A stretch of 64,000 nt of DNA. It comes from a virus. The notes beneath the pieces were generated by a model. The model searched no databases and was not told the origin of the DNA. It was given only the letters and a program-made list of their open reading frames with translations. Both the position numbers and the translations under genes were made by a program. Shown piece by piece: positions 16,822 through 27,049 of the stretch. Numbering within the stretch: the first letter of the stretch is position 1; every line of letters starts with the position of its first letter. The stretch is taken from positions 1 through 64,000 of the IMG/VR virus record IMGVR_UViG_3300048691_000182. One strand, written 5' to 3'.

Positions 16822-19314
16822 ATGAAATACACAGAATTAGTGTTAAGAGATTACAACCGTATGTCTCTTAACAATATTGATTATTTTTCCATTCAACCTA
16901 TTAAACCAATACAGTTAATTTTAGGTACAAACGGTAGTGGAAAATCTAGTATGGTCTCAGAAATGACTCCACTTCCACCCAATGCAAATGATTTCTCACC
17001 TACAGGTGGTAAGAAGGTATCTATAGAGTCCCAAGGCAGTGTTTATACACTAGAGAGTATCTTCACCCCTAAAACATCTCATAGCTTCTTAAAAGACGGT
17101 ATAGAGCTAAACAAGGGTGGAACTACATCTGTTCAAAGAGAACTCTGTAAACAGGAGTTTGGAATAACCCCAGAGATACATTCTATTATTACCGGTGAGA
17201 CAAAGTTTACTAACATGTCTGTGCCCGATAGAAAATACTGGCTAACTAAGTTATCTGATAAAAGCTATGATTACGCAATCAAAGTCTATAACAAACTTTG
17301 TGAGAAATCAAGGGACGTAACAGGTACACTTAAAAGGTCAAAACAAAGACTAGTTACTGAAACAGCTAAGATTGTATCCGAGGACGAGAAACAAAACTTA
17401 GTAGACCAAATTACAGACCTACACAAAGTCTTAGAAGAGATGATGGCTTTTAGGCAACCTAACAGTAAGACGACTAATGAGCTAGAGTCTAAAGCAAGTA
17501 ACTTAGAAAAACAAATTATCAGTTTTTCTAATACAGTTATTAACACCCATTTACAAAACACTGGAAAGTTTAACTTTACTTGTTTTGAAGATATTGCTAA
17601 AGAACAAATAAAGTTAGAATCAAACTCTATTGTCTTTAAACAACTAATAGATAAGTATTTTGAAGACCACAAAACACTGGATGAAACCGCTGTTGTTTTA
17701 AAACAAAAAGGTGATAATAGTACAGAAGACTTGGTGAATAAAGCTGAAAGTTTAGAGCCGCAAATAGCTAATATTTTATTCAATAGAAAACTATCGCTTA
17801 GCTTTGATAATCCCACTGAAGCTAAAAACGCTGTAGAAACTGTCTACGAGATTCTTACCAGTATTTCAGCTGAAATACCTAGTAATAAAAATAGAGAATT
17901 CAGCAGAGCTAACGCGGTTGTTTTAAACGAAAAACATATTGATTTAAAAACAAAACAAAAACACTTCTCTAATGAGCTAAGTAAATTTGTTTCCCAAAAA
18001 GAACACCAAGAAAAACACAAAGACAAAGAACTTACCAATTGTCCTAAGTGTTCATTCTCATGGTCTATAGGTTTTAATCAAGAACTTTACGATAACATCT
18101 GTTTAAACATAGAAAGTTTACAAAACAATCTTGATGAAGTTACATCAGAGCTTATTGAGGTAGAATTGAATAAGGAGAAAATGAATGATTACATTAATTC
18201 TTTTAAGCAGTTTCAGTCTTGTGTTAGTAACTGGCCTACTCTTAATCCTCTTTGGGACCACTTAAGTAGTAACAACATTCTAACAGATGAGCCTAGGTCT
18301 ATTCAGTCTATTTTAGAAAAATTAAAATACGATTTAACTCTAGAGCTAGACGCACAATATTTGCTAGATGATCTTAATAAAACCAAAGAGCTTATTAAGC
18401 TATCTAAACAACTAGGTGGTGAAAGCTTAGATAAAATACTGAAAGAGCAAAATAAGTTAGAAAATGAAATATCTTCTATTACGCAAAAACTCACAGTTAA
18501 CCAACATAACCTCAAAGAGCTTTTAAGTTATAAAAAAGATATAGAACTTATACTTGATCTAGCTGCTAAAATAGATACTTTGTCTGTAGTATTTCACAGT
18601 ACTTACGATGAACATAAAACAGTCTTAAGAAATGCAGCAATATCGGACATGATAAAGTCAGTACAAATTATTTTAGCCAGAAAAGAACAACTTTTATCTG
18701 AGATAAATATGCAGCAAGGCATTATCAACGATATTAAGAATCAAATTACTGTATTGGAACAAGAAGAAACTTCTTACAAACTCCTTATTAAGCAACTCTC
18801 TCCTACTGAAGGTTTAATAGCTGAAGGTATGTTTGGTTTTATTTCTAACTTTGTAGCTAAGATGAATTCTTTTATAAAGAAGATTTGGACTTACGAATTA
18901 GAAATTGTTCCATGTAGCGTCGAAGAAGACGGCTCTATTGATCTTGACTATAAGTTCCCACTTAAAGTGAAAGACAGTAAGAAACCTGTTCCTGATGTTT
19001 CCAAAGGCAGCACAGCAATGCAGGAGATTGTAAATCTTGCTTTCAAAATCACAGCTATGAAATATTTAAATCTAGGTAACACACCAATTACTTTAGATGA
19101 GTTTGCCAGTAGTTTTGATTCGGCACACAGAGTGTCAGCTGTAAATATTCTAAAGTCTTTGATTGAGGAACAACCTTTTACACAATTGTTTATGGTATCT
19201 CATTACGAGAACTCGTATGGATCTTTGGTAAATGCAGATATTTGTGTATTGTCTTTGTCTAACATTATTGTTCCTAAAGACGCTGTCATTAACGCACATG
19301 TGGTAATTAGATAA
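16822..19314 (+). CDS. sbcC: SbcC/Rad50-like SMC ATPase
   Basis: Walker A GTNGSGKS; coiled coils; CPKC zinc hook; Walker B ITLDE; H-loop VSH. Confidence 0.9.
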   Translation: MKYTELVLRDYNRMSLNNIDYFSIQPIKPIQLILGTNGSGKSSMVSEMTPLPPNANDFSPTGGKKVSIESQGSVYTLESIFTPKTSHSFLKDGIELNKGGTTSVQRELCKQEFGITPEIHSIITGETKFTNMSVPDRKYWLTKLSDKSYDYAIKVYNKLCEKSRDVTGTLKRSKQRLVTETAKIVSEDEKQNLVDQITDLHKVLEEMMAFRQPNSKTTNELESKASNLEKQIISFSNTVINTHLQNTGKFNFTCFEDIAKEQIKLESNSIVFKQLIDKYFEDHKTLDETAVVLKQKGDNSTEDLVNKAESLEPQIANILFNRKLSLSFDNPTEAKNAVETVYEILTSISAEIPSNKNREFSRANAVVLNEKHIDLKTKQKHFSNELSKFVSQKEHQEKHKDKELTNCPKCSFSWSIGFNQELYDNICLNIESLQNNLDEVTSELIEVELNKEKMNDYINSFKQFQSCVSNWPTLNPLWDHLSSNNILTDEPRSIQSILEKLKYDLTLELDAQYLLDDLNKTKELIKLSKQLGGESLDKILKEQNKLENEISSITQKLTVNQHNLKELLSYKKDIELILDLAAKIDTLSVVFHSTYDEHKTVLRNAAISDMIKSVQIILARKEQLLSEINMQQGIINDIKNQITVLEQEETSYKLLIKQLSPTEGLIAEGMFGFISNFVAKMNSFIKKIWTYELEIVPCSVEEDGSIDLDYKFPLKVKDSKKPVPDVSKGSTAMQEIVNLAFKITAMKYLNLGNTPITLDEFASSFDSAHRVSAVNILKSLIEEQPFTQLFMVSHYENSYGSLVNADICVLSLSNIIVPKDAVINAHVVIR

Positions 19315-19624
19315 ATGGAACTAAAAAAACAACTCTATTGCAAAAGCTGCATTTGAAATAACAATCAGTGAAAGCTTGGGACTGCCCTTAGTTTTAGTTT
19401 TCAGATGGAGAGATATTGGCGTAAAAAATAGAAAATTTGTTGAAGAAACAGTTTCTATAATAAAGCTTTGTAGCACCGATTATAACTTAGAGAATTCTTT
19501 AAACTATGAAAAGAGTTTAGAGTCATGGATAACAATGTTTGAAAAATATATGGATAGATTTGCAGCTCAACAATTATTTACTAAATTTGAAATAATTGTT
19601 GTAGCTTTGAGTAAGATAAAATAG
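19315..19624 (+). pseudogene. Hypothetical ~102-aa gene interrupted by a +1 frameshift in an A7 run (or a sequencing error)
   Basis: ATG directly follows the sbcC TAA. Removing one A from 19323-19329 fuses it to the 19376-19624 frame. Confidence 0.5.
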
Positions 19625-19631
19625 ACATAAT

Positions 19632-19670
19632 CTCTACACCAGAATACCGTAATAGTATTCTGGTGTAGAG
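19632..19670. terminator. Bidirectional hairpin, 16-bp perfect stem
   Basis: ctctacaccagaatac / gtattctggtgtagag. Confidence 0.8.
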
Positions 19671-19675
19671 TATGT

Positions 19676-20290
19676 TTACAGTATAGTTTTGATATAAGCT
19701 TCTAATTGAGTTACTCTGAGAAGCAATGCATCTCTCTCAGTTGTCATCTCCACAAGCTTAGCTTTATCAGATTTTGTTGTTACTCTTAAAGTATTTCTAG
19801 CAGTCTCAATACTTGTGTGTTTAACATAACTAATTAAAGCTGTGTCTGAGACAGCAACCTCTTTAATAGTAGGTGTTACTCCAAGTAGATCTTTAACTAC
19901 GTTAGACACAGAAGTCTTTAAAGCTGTTAAGTCAGTGCTATCGGGTAAAGCACCTAAACTAACACCAACCATCATAGCTGTATAAGAAACACCAGAAGTA
20001 GTTGGATAACTTAGAATAGCAGTACTAGGCACGTATAACCAGTTACCACCGCTAGAGACCAAGGATACAATACTAACATCGGCTAAAAGATCTAACTGAT
20101 AAGCAGCATCAGTTATTCCATTAGGTTCATAGTACTCTTCAAAAGGATCAAGACCTGACGCAATAATATCTGTTAACTTTCTAATACCTTTACAAGTATA
20201 GATAATTTGTGCAGGCATTAAAGCATTATAAGGAGCTTCTAGTGTAAATACCCCAGAAGCTTCCAGGTACATAGTTAAATTACTAGGCAT
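19676..20290 (-). CDS. Conserved phiKZ-like hypothetical/virion protein
   Basis: 204 aa; YVPS..I.SYP and VSLGALP motifs; C-terminal coiled coil; co-transcribed with the 20294 gene. Confidence 0.55.
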   Translation of the reverse strand: MPSNLTMYLEASGVFTLEAPYNALMPAQIIYTCKGIRKLTDIIASGLDPFEEYYEPNGITDAAYQLDLLADVSIVSLVSSGGNWLYVPSTAILSYPTTSGVSYTAMMVGVSLGALPDSTDLTALKTSVSNVVKDLLGVTPTIKEVAVSDTALISYVKHTSIETARNTLRVTTKSDKAKLVEMTTERDALLLRVTQLEAYIKTIL

Positions 20291-20293
20291 GGT

Positions 20294-21598
20294 TTATGTT
20301 GGGTAGTTAATCTTACCAGCGACCATGTACTGGATATTATCATAGACTCTGGCAACATACAAAATACCATCACGGGTAAGTCTACGCATACCAACAGGTA
20401 GGTCATTAAAGGTGGTCATTTCTTCAGCAGCAATAACCATATTCTCAATCATACTAGACCATTCTCTAGTAGCAAGCGCCATTCTATTAAAATCAGTACT
20501 ACCAGTTCCAACGTCAATGAAGTCAGGAAATACGTCATTAAGTTCAAACAAGGAATCACGGTTATCTGGGTTACTAATCGTGAGTAAGGCAACGGATCTG
20601 TAAACACAAGGATGTATGGTCATATACAAATCAATGTGTGCTGCTGGCACACTTGCTACCTTAGTCTTCATAAAAGTAACTGCTTCTTTTATGTTTACAA
20701 TAGGTGAATAAACACCTTCTTGCACAGACATATTCGGAATAGCGTATTTATTCCAAGCTGGTAGAATTAGAAACTCTGTTCTTTTAAAAAGATCAGGAAG
20801 AATAACTGTCCATTCTTCTCTCGTGTGGCTACTATTAGCGAGGATGTAAGTAATAATAGCGTCTTTAACAGAATCTACATTATCGCCAGCAAGACCGTAA
20901 ATTAATAAAGACCAAGAAGTAGGAACAGTAACGCCTGGGTAAGTAGGATTACTGTAAGTAAAAACATCATTTCTGATAACAGTCTCAGGGTTTTTATTCT
21001 TAGCAGTTTGAATAGCGTCAATTGTTTGCGAGAAAGTACGTTCTTCTATTTTTGTTCTAACCACGTTAGCAGCCAAGAACATATCGTCTAAGTTTGCTAA
21101 AGGAGGAATAACAACAATGCTAAATTCATCAAACTGCTCTAAGAAAGCTTGATTAGCAAACCAAATCTTTATCTGGTTTGCACCCGCTGCCATAGTTGGA
21201 TTGGACCAGCTAATCCATGCAGGAACAGAATAGCTTCCGTTACTAACCATATCACCAAACTGAACACTACTCATTTCGCCTGTAAACTCGGCCAATAAGT
21301 CATCTCTAAAATCATCTCTTGTAATAAAAGTAGTTTGTGCCAAACCGTAGTCAGCAATCCATTTAGCTACTTGTAGAACATGGTCAGAATAAGGAGCCGT
21401 AACAGCTATAACGCCAGTAACAGAATCTACGCTACTAATGCTATTTAATTTAAAACCAGGAGAGGCGACTGAAGTGTATTCACCTTTTTCTTTGGTGTAA
21501 GTAAGACCCCATGTAGAGAGTTCACCAAACGGAGCAGTTGTGCCAACAGTGTTGTTTATTAGCGACGTTATCTCTATAAAACCTTTTAATTGGTACAT
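20294..21598 (-). CDS. Virion structural protein (phiKZ gp157-like)
   Basis: MYQLKGF...GELST start, IKIWF, LPDLFKRTEF..P.W motifs; recalled synteny next to RNase H. Confidence 0.6.
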   Translation of the reverse strand: MYQLKGFIEITSLINNTVGTTAPFGELSTWGLTYTKEKGEYTSVASPGFKLNSISSVDSVTGVIAVTAPYSDHVLQVAKWIADYGLAQTTFITRDDFRDDLLAEFTGEMSSVQFGDMVSNGSYSVPAWISWSNPTMAAGANQIKIWFANQAFLEQFDEFSIVVIPPLANLDDMFLAANVVRTKIEERTFSQTIDAIQTAKNKNPETVIRNDVFTYSNPTYPGVTVPTSWSLLIYGLAGDNVDSVKDAIITYILANSSHTREEWTVILPDLFKRTEFLILPAWNKYAIPNMSVQEGVYSPIVNIKEAVTFMKTKVASVPAAHIDLYMTIHPCVYRSVALLTISNPDNRDSLFELNDVFPDFIDVGTGSTDFNRMALATREWSSMIENMVIAAEEMTTFNDLPVGMRRLTRDGILYVARVYDNIQYMVAGKINYPT

Positions 21599-21687
21599 AA
21601 TTCTTTAAAACTCCGGTGTATAATGATATTGTGTTGTAGTAAAAAATTAACTTATTATTTGGCCGTACTTTGTTGTTTTACAAAGTT

Positions 21688-21696
21688 CATAGAATG
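21688..21696 (-). promoter_or_regulatory. Putative late promoter (CATTCTATG on minus strand)
   Basis: ATnCTATG variant about 90 nt upstream of the 21598 start. Confidence 0.35.
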
Positions 21697-21713
21697 TGAA
21701 AGGAATTCATCTC

Positions 21714-22040
21714 ATGGTAAAAGTATTAAATTTACTTATACCTTTTTTAATGGAGATGGTATTTGGTAAGAAAGAGGACATTGCTAAACTTGATGCTAAA
21801 TCTAGATTTAAGCGTTGGATCTTTTTAATTCTTGTTGTTTTATCGCTTGTGATAAACTATTACACTATCGAGAAAATAGCTACTATCTCTGTGAAATATT
21901 TAGCGTTAAGTAAAGAGAAAAAAGTGTTAGAAGTTAAGTTAAAAGAAAAAGATTTAGAATTAAGTAAAGCCCACAGCATTCAGGAATTATTACAAGGTTG
22001 TATTAAAACAAACTATAACAAACAAGCTAAGCAAAAGTAA
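21714..22040 (+). CDS. Small membrane protein with coiled-coil tail
   Basis: ATG 21714 preceded by AAGGA; TM WIFLILVVLSLVINYY. Confidence 0.6.
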   Translation: MVKVLNLLIPFLMEMVFGKKEDIAKLDAKSRFKRWIFLILVVLSLVINYYTIEKIATISVKYLALSKEKKVLEVKLKEKDLELSKAHSIQELLQGCIKTNYNKQAKQK

Positions 22041-22090
22041 TTTTACTAGCCTTTGACATAATTTGAATTAAACAACACTCGGTATAAATA

Positions 22091-23668
22091 ATGATTACAA
22101 GCAATATTGAAATTTTAAAACCAGTTTCTAAAAATAAAAATACCAGTACCGAACCTGTTGTTATTAATAACAAAGGTTTGGTACTGTATTCTGACGGTGG
22201 GTCACGAGGAGCTCTAGGACTTAATCCAAATCCAGGTTGCATTGGATGGGGTGTGCACGGGTATGTTTTTGAAGATACCGTAGCAAAGAAAGGTGCGGGT
22301 ATTTCTGGTTATCTTGTCGGTAAGAGTGGGTATATCATCAAAGGTGAAAGTAATACCAAAGACCAATCAGTTAAGCCTTTACTATACGTAGACGGTTATG
22401 GCTCCAGCACTCAATTGGCTTCTAACAATGTGGCTGAATTAAATGGAGCAAGGTTTGCACTGATTAAAGCACAAGAACTTTGTGCGTTACACACACCACA
22501 GACCGGATCAATTGCCACAGTTGTTTTGTACACAGATAGCAAATACGTAGTTGGTGGCATTAACGAGTGGTCTAATATTTGGATTGCTAGAAACTGGATC
22601 AAGACCGACGGATCACCAGTACCTAACAAGGCTGAATGGCTACTACTTTTAGAAGCACATAAGAAATTAAAAGAGCTTTGTCCAAATGTGAAAGTAGAAT
22701 GGGTTAAGGGTCATGGTGATTCTCTTGGAAACAATACAGCAGATAAGTTAGCTACTACAGCTGTAATGTACTCGTTAAGTAAAATTGAGAAAATTGACTT
22801 TACTGTTACTAGCCCTGATGGTTACTGGAAAACTGAACCTGCAAAACATCCTTTCTTAGCACATAAAAGAATCTATTTTAACACTCTTTATTCAGCTAAT
22901 CTAACTGGAGAGTATTACATGGGTGACCATGGGCCTGACTCTTACTACCACGGTAAGAGAATGGCTGATAACTCTTATTCTCTAATACAGCTAGCTACCC
23001 CTGAACCGGCTATCGAATGCATCAAAGATAAATTTTGTATTGAAGCTGATGGTCGCAATAGCATTATTATTGTAGACGCTGCTCTTTTGTTTAGTCCAGA
23101 AGTACATAACGATATGTTAGAGCACGGTAGCAGAATTATTCCTTTCTACAAGAAAGGAATGACAGCACTTACTCTATCAGGTAAGCCTTTGACAGAAGAA
23201 CAAAACCCACCCGGACTCTCTTATCGTGGTGTTGAATCCATGGTTCTTCTTGACAGTATTCTTAAAGCATATAAAACTAATGATTTAACCAACACCATGG
23301 TTGACATCACAGATGAATTTTATGAAAAAGAAATTAAGAAGAAAAAGAATGAAGAAATAGTGGCGCTCAAACTAAAACCACAATTTGTTGTTGGGATTAG
23401 AGCTTTGCCTTATAAGCTAACCATGGTTTCAGAAAAAGGTAAAATTTGTTTACCTCTTACTTTAACTTTTGGTATTGATATGCCTGAGAGAAATGTCTTT
23501 AAGCAATTAGAGACTTTAGAGCCTAAAGTAACTTTGATTGCTTGGCAAGATTCGCCAGATGTAGTCAGGTATGCAACTGTTATTGAATCCCAGGGAAGCT
23601 TTAGCGCCTGGTGTGGAATTCATTCCAACCTTGTGATTATCACTCCTGATAAATTACTACCCACATAA
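22091..23668 (+). CDS. rnhA: Ribonuclease HI with long C-terminal extension (phiKZ gp155-like)
   Basis: LYSDGGS, SNNVAEL, YTDSKYV, WVKGHGDSLGNNTADKLA give the complete D-E-D-H-D set. Confidence 0.9.
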   Translation: MITSNIEILKPVSKNKNTSTEPVVINNKGLVLYSDGGSRGALGLNPNPGCIGWGVHGYVFEDTVAKKGAGISGYLVGKSGYIIKGESNTKDQSVKPLLYVDGYGSSTQLASNNVAELNGARFALIKAQELCALHTPQTGSIATVVLYTDSKYVVGGINEWSNIWIARNWIKTDGSPVPNKAEWLLLLEAHKKLKELCPNVKVEWVKGHGDSLGNNTADKLATTAVMYSLSKIEKIDFTVTSPDGYWKTEPAKHPFLAHKRIYFNTLYSANLTGEYYMGDHGPDSYYHGKRMADNSYSLIQLATPEPAIECIKDKFCIEADGRNSIIIVDAALLFSPEVHNDMLEHGSRIIPFYKKGMTALTLSGKPLTEEQNPPGLSYRGVESMVLLDSILKAYKTNDLTNTMVDITDEFYEKEIKKKKNEEIVALKLKPQFVVGIRALPYKLTMVSEKGKICLPLTLTFGIDMPERNVFKQLETLEPKVTLIAWQDSPDVVRYATVIESQGSFSAWCGIHSNLVIITPDKLLPT

Positions 23669-23694
23669 ACCCAACCAAAAACACCGAGATCATT

Positions 23695-24252
23695 ATGTCC
23701 ACTTTAGATTATAACTCTACTAAAGAAACATATAGAACAATCAAAAACTCTAGTTACGATCAATCTATTCAATCTAACCCTTATTATTGTGAAATACACA
23801 AACCAACCATTTTTGAAAGAGTGGGTAACTTTGTCAATAGAAAAATTAACAAAGGTTTAGCCAACACATTACCTGTTAAAACAAAGAAACTATTTTTTGT
23901 TTCGTCTTTAATAGCGAGTATAGTTGACATTAAAGATTCTGATATTGAACTACTAGAAAGAATTAATACTAAATTCCAACTAAGTAATTCATCAGAAGCT
24001 CTTGCATTACCTATTTGGATGGGTGTAAAACTATGGAAAACAAGAGTACCTAAGAACCTTTGTTTAAAATGTGTTGGTGACGAACCTTTACATGTTCTTT
24101 CTGAATTAAAAGGAAAGAAACTAACCCAAGGTGAAATGAGAGTTGCCGCTAATAGCGTTATTAACTGCGCGCCTATTTGGCTTCTTTACGGAAGCAGAAG
24201 AAGCATGCGAAATGATTTTGTAGAAGTATTGCAGTTTGTGCAGGAAATGTAG
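23695..24252 (+). CDS. Hypothetical protein
   Basis: 185-aa ORF ending at a hairpin. Confidence 0.6.
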   Translation: MSTLDYNSTKETYRTIKNSSYDQSIQSNPYYCEIHKPTIFERVGNFVNRKINKGLANTLPVKTKKLFFVSSLIASIVDIKDSDIELLERINTKFQLSNSSEALALPIWMGVKLWKTRVPKNLCLKCVGDEPLHVLSELKGKKLTQGEMRVAANSVINCAPIWLLYGSRRSMRNDFVEVLQFVQEM

Positions 24253-24262
24253 AACATAACTA

Positions 24263-24301
24263 CTCCTATACCGAATAGATTTTATCTATTCGGTATAGGA
24301 G
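24263..24301. terminator. Bidirectional hairpin, 18-bp perfect stem, 3-nt loop
   Basis: ctcctataccgaatagat / atctattcggtataggag. Confidence 0.8.
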
Positions 24302-24309
24302 ATTATGTC

Positions 24310-25140
24310 TTAATGTATATTTTTCAACATGTTATTTACTTTTAAACCAATGTTATCAACACTAGTTGTAAAACCGAGTACTCTGAAATAAATAATAGAA
24401 AAGAACTCTACTTCCTTTGCTAGCTCAGTGGCTCCAAAAGCTAAGTTCTTTGTAGTCTCAGGAGTAACGTTTGTAATTAAACCTTTTTCTACCTGATCAA
24501 TAATCAAACTAATTAAATCTACACATTTCTTGACAGAAGCATTAATTTGAGTTAAATCAAAAGTTTCTAAATGACGCTTAATACTAGAAGCTTCACCAAA
24601 CAAAATCCGTAAATCATCTTTACGTGAAATTATTGATTCTAGCTTTACTTCAGTAGAAGAGCTGTTGGTGCTATAAGGATTTAATAAACCAATTGTTTCT
24701 TCTCTTCCTTTTGACAGGTTACCATATTTGCTTGTCAGGTCAACAGTACTTAGCTTAGCATCTTTACTAGACAGGAACTGAGCAAGATAAATATTAAAAT
24801 CATTTAGACCTTCAGTGGCACTTGCTCTATGTTTCTTCAAAGATGTTTCTAAAACCACTCCGTAGTTCAACAAATTACCTGTAAAGTTAATTGGTGTGTG
24901 TACTTTTACATCACCAATTTCAGTAAATGGAACTTGATGTGAGTTTTCAACAACAAACTTTTGTTCTTTACTGAATGACATTTTAATTGCTGGTAGTTCT
25001 TTGGTAACAGCAAACATTGTTGTTATTTTTTCTGCAATGGATGGAAATACTTTAGCAATAGTATTTGTCATGTTGTCTAAAACGCTAGACTCCATTGCAA
25101 TCATTTTCATTTCAAAATCAAACGGATTTGCTGTTTGCAT
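24310..25140 (-). CDS. Virion head protein with putative propeptide (phiKZ gp153-like)
   Basis: Probable start MQTANPF at 25140; IAMES protease-type site at residues 14-18; divergent from uvsX. Confidence 0.55.
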   Translation of the reverse strand: MQTANPFDFEMKMIAMESSVLDNMTNTIAKVFPSIAEKITTMFAVTKELPAIKMSFSKEQKFVVENSHQVPFTEIGDVKVHTPINFTGNLLNYGVVLETSLKKHRASATEGLNDFNIYLAQFLSSKDAKLSTVDLTSKYGNLSKGREETIGLLNPYSTNSSSTEVKLESIISRKDDLRILFGEASSIKRHLETFDLTQINASVKKCVDLISLIIDQVEKGLITNVTPETTKNLAFGATELAKEVEFFSIIYFRVLGFTTSVDNIGLKVNNMLKNIH

Positions 25141-25209
25141 ATTAAGTTTCCAATAGAGTTTCTTAAGTAATAGTAGCACTGCACGAACCAGCAATGCTTC
25201 AAAATCTTT

Positions 25210-25235
25210 CATAGCATTCGTATTATTTTACTATG
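25210..25235. promoter_or_regulatory. Back-to-back putative TATG promoters
   Basis: AATGCTATG on minus (25218-25210) and TTTACTATG on plus (25227-25235) between divergent genes. Confidence 0.4.
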
Positions 25236-25301
25236 CCTAGAAATAGTTTGTACAGGTAGAATTCTTAACCTTAAACTAATTTATTAAAAAGAAAGTTATA
25301 C

Positions 25302-26750
25302 ATGAGCTTAATTCAACCATTTGCACAAATACCTTCAGTAAAAGTACTTATTAACGTTGGGGCTTTGTTAGATATTCCAACAGGTACTTATCATAAAGGC
25401 AAGTACCGTGAAAGCATTCTTAACGGTGGCCTTGGTGGTGTTACAGGTGTTGTGGGTATTGGTAATAACTTTAAGAGCACTATTCTGCACTACATGATGC
25501 TTAGTGCTGCTGAGCGCATAGACTGTATGTCCGAGACAAGTATGGGCACATACGACACAGAAACAAATATTCATGAAAGTCATCTGGCTAGTTTCTTGAA
25601 ACGTTTTCCGGGATTGAACAAGCCTGATATTTTTGAAACAGGTAAATGGAACGTCACAGATAAGATTCAGTACCATGCCAATGAGTGGTATGAAGTACTA
25701 CGTGGTTTTCTTAAACAAAAACAAAAAGATGAAAAAAAGCATCTTCGCAAAACACCTTTTCTTAACCGTGACAATATAACACAGTTAGAGATTCCTACAC
25801 CCACTTTCGGTCAGGTTGATAGTCTTACAATGTTTGAACCTGAAAACGTTGCGAAGATGCAAGAAGAAAATGAATTAGGTGATTCTGGTGCTAATACAAT
25901 TCATATGCGACAAGGTGCAGCCAAGACACGATTCTTGATGGAACTTCCTGGACTCGCAGGTGCCTCTTACCATTATGTTCTCATCACAGCCCACGTTGGT
26001 AAGAAAATTGAAATGGCCACAGGCCCCATGGGTCCTCCACCCACCAAACACTTGCAGTATTTAAAAAATGGGGATGTCATTAAGGGTGTTACTGAGAAGT
26101 TTTTCTTTTTGATGAACTGTTGTTACAATTCTTACAATGCAGCCCCTTTGATTAACCAAGGTACTAAAGCCACAGAGTACCCGCGCAACCCTAACGATAA
26201 TCTTAGACTGGATACAGATTTGAACGAGGTGACTCTACGGGTACTGCGTTCCAAAGCAGGCCCTAGCGGGATGACTATTCCACTGGTTGTGTCTCAGTCT
26301 GAAGGTGTTCTGCCATCATTGACTGAATTTCACTACTTGCGCGAAAGTAAAGGTTTTGGTATGCAGGGTGCTGAGTTTAAAACTCTGGATCTTCTACCCG
26401 ATGTGAAAGTATCACGCAATACTATTCGCACTAAGATTGATGAAAATCCTGAGCTACGCAGAGCCCTTACTATTACGGCTGAAATTCTGCAAATGACAGA
26501 ACTATGGCATCATCTTGAAGAAGGTGTTCTCTGTACACCAAAGCAACTCTACGACGATCTTAAAAACCTAGGGTTTGACTGGAAAGTACTGCTGAACACA
26601 CGAGGCTGGTGGACACTCGATAATGACCAACACCCAGTGCCTTATTTGAGCACCATGTGTTTACTGAGAATGCGTTTACCTAAAACACATAAGGAATATT
26701 ATTTTCCTTATTGGATGAACGAAGACAAAACCATGAAAGTAGGTAAATGA
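25302..26750 (+). CDS. uvsX: UvsX/RecA-like recombinase (phiKZ gp152-like)
   Basis: INVGALLDIPTG, Walker A variant GIGNNFKST, YDTE, QVDSLT Walker B, LRSKAGPSG. Confidence 0.8.
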   Translation: MSLIQPFAQIPSVKVLINVGALLDIPTGTYHKGKYRESILNGGLGGVTGVVGIGNNFKSTILHYMMLSAAERIDCMSETSMGTYDTETNIHESHLASFLKRFPGLNKPDIFETGKWNVTDKIQYHANEWYEVLRGFLKQKQKDEKKHLRKTPFLNRDNITQLEIPTPTFGQVDSLTMFEPENVAKMQEENELGDSGANTIHMRQGAAKTRFLMELPGLAGASYHYVLITAHVGKKIEMATGPMGPPPTKHLQYLKNGDVIKGVTEKFFFLMNCCYNSYNAAPLINQGTKATEYPRNPNDNLRLDTDLNEVTLRVLRSKAGPSGMTIPLVVSQSEGVLPSLTEFHYLRESKGFGMQGAEFKTLDLLPDVKVSRNTIRTKIDENPELRRALTITAEILQMTELWHHLEEGVLCTPKQLYDDLKNLGFDWKVLLNTRGWWTLDNDQHPVPYLSTMCLLRMRLPKTHKEYYFPYWMNEDKTMKVGK

Positions 26751-27049
26751 ATTTTTTTATACTGAGCATTATTTTAATTATTACACCTATTATTGTAGGT
26801 TCAATAATTTATTATGGTGAAACGCATAGTCCAAACAGACGTAAAAGTTTAGACAGACGTTTAAATGACTTAAATTTTAAACAACCAGATAGACGTAAAA
26901 TATCGAGCAGAAGAATGCCCCTTGCTCGTGAAATTATGACAAAGGAATATCATGCAGAAGAAAAAAGAAATCACCCCAGGAATCTCACCGTGTATGAAAG
27001 TGGCTATTGGGGTGGCTCTGGTAGCAGTAGCGGGAATTACAGTAATTAG
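26747..27049 (+). CDS. Small membrane-anchored protein with (N/D)RR repeats
   Basis: ATGA overlap with uvsX; N-terminal TM; NRRKSLDRR...PDRRKISSRR. Confidence 0.5.
   Translation: MNFFILSIILIITPIIVGSIIYYGETHSPNRRKSLDRRLNDLNFKQPDRRKISSRRMPLAREIMTKEYHAEEKRNHPRNLTVYESGYWGGSGSSSGNYSN

Noticed and set aside
21714-22040. Calling this membrane protein (or 6876-7337) a holin
   Set aside because: A TM segment alone is insufficient, and no adjacent endolysin supports it.
24310-25212. 300-aa version of this ORF starting at 25212
   Set aside because: That ATG coincides with the AATGCTATG promoter-like motif. The 25140 start places the AME site at a typical propeptide distance.
25440-25480. Degenerate Walker A (GIGNNFKST) as evidence of an inactive or novel recombinase
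   Set aside because: Lys-Ser/Thr is retained, and I recall this variant as normal for phiKZ-type UvsX.
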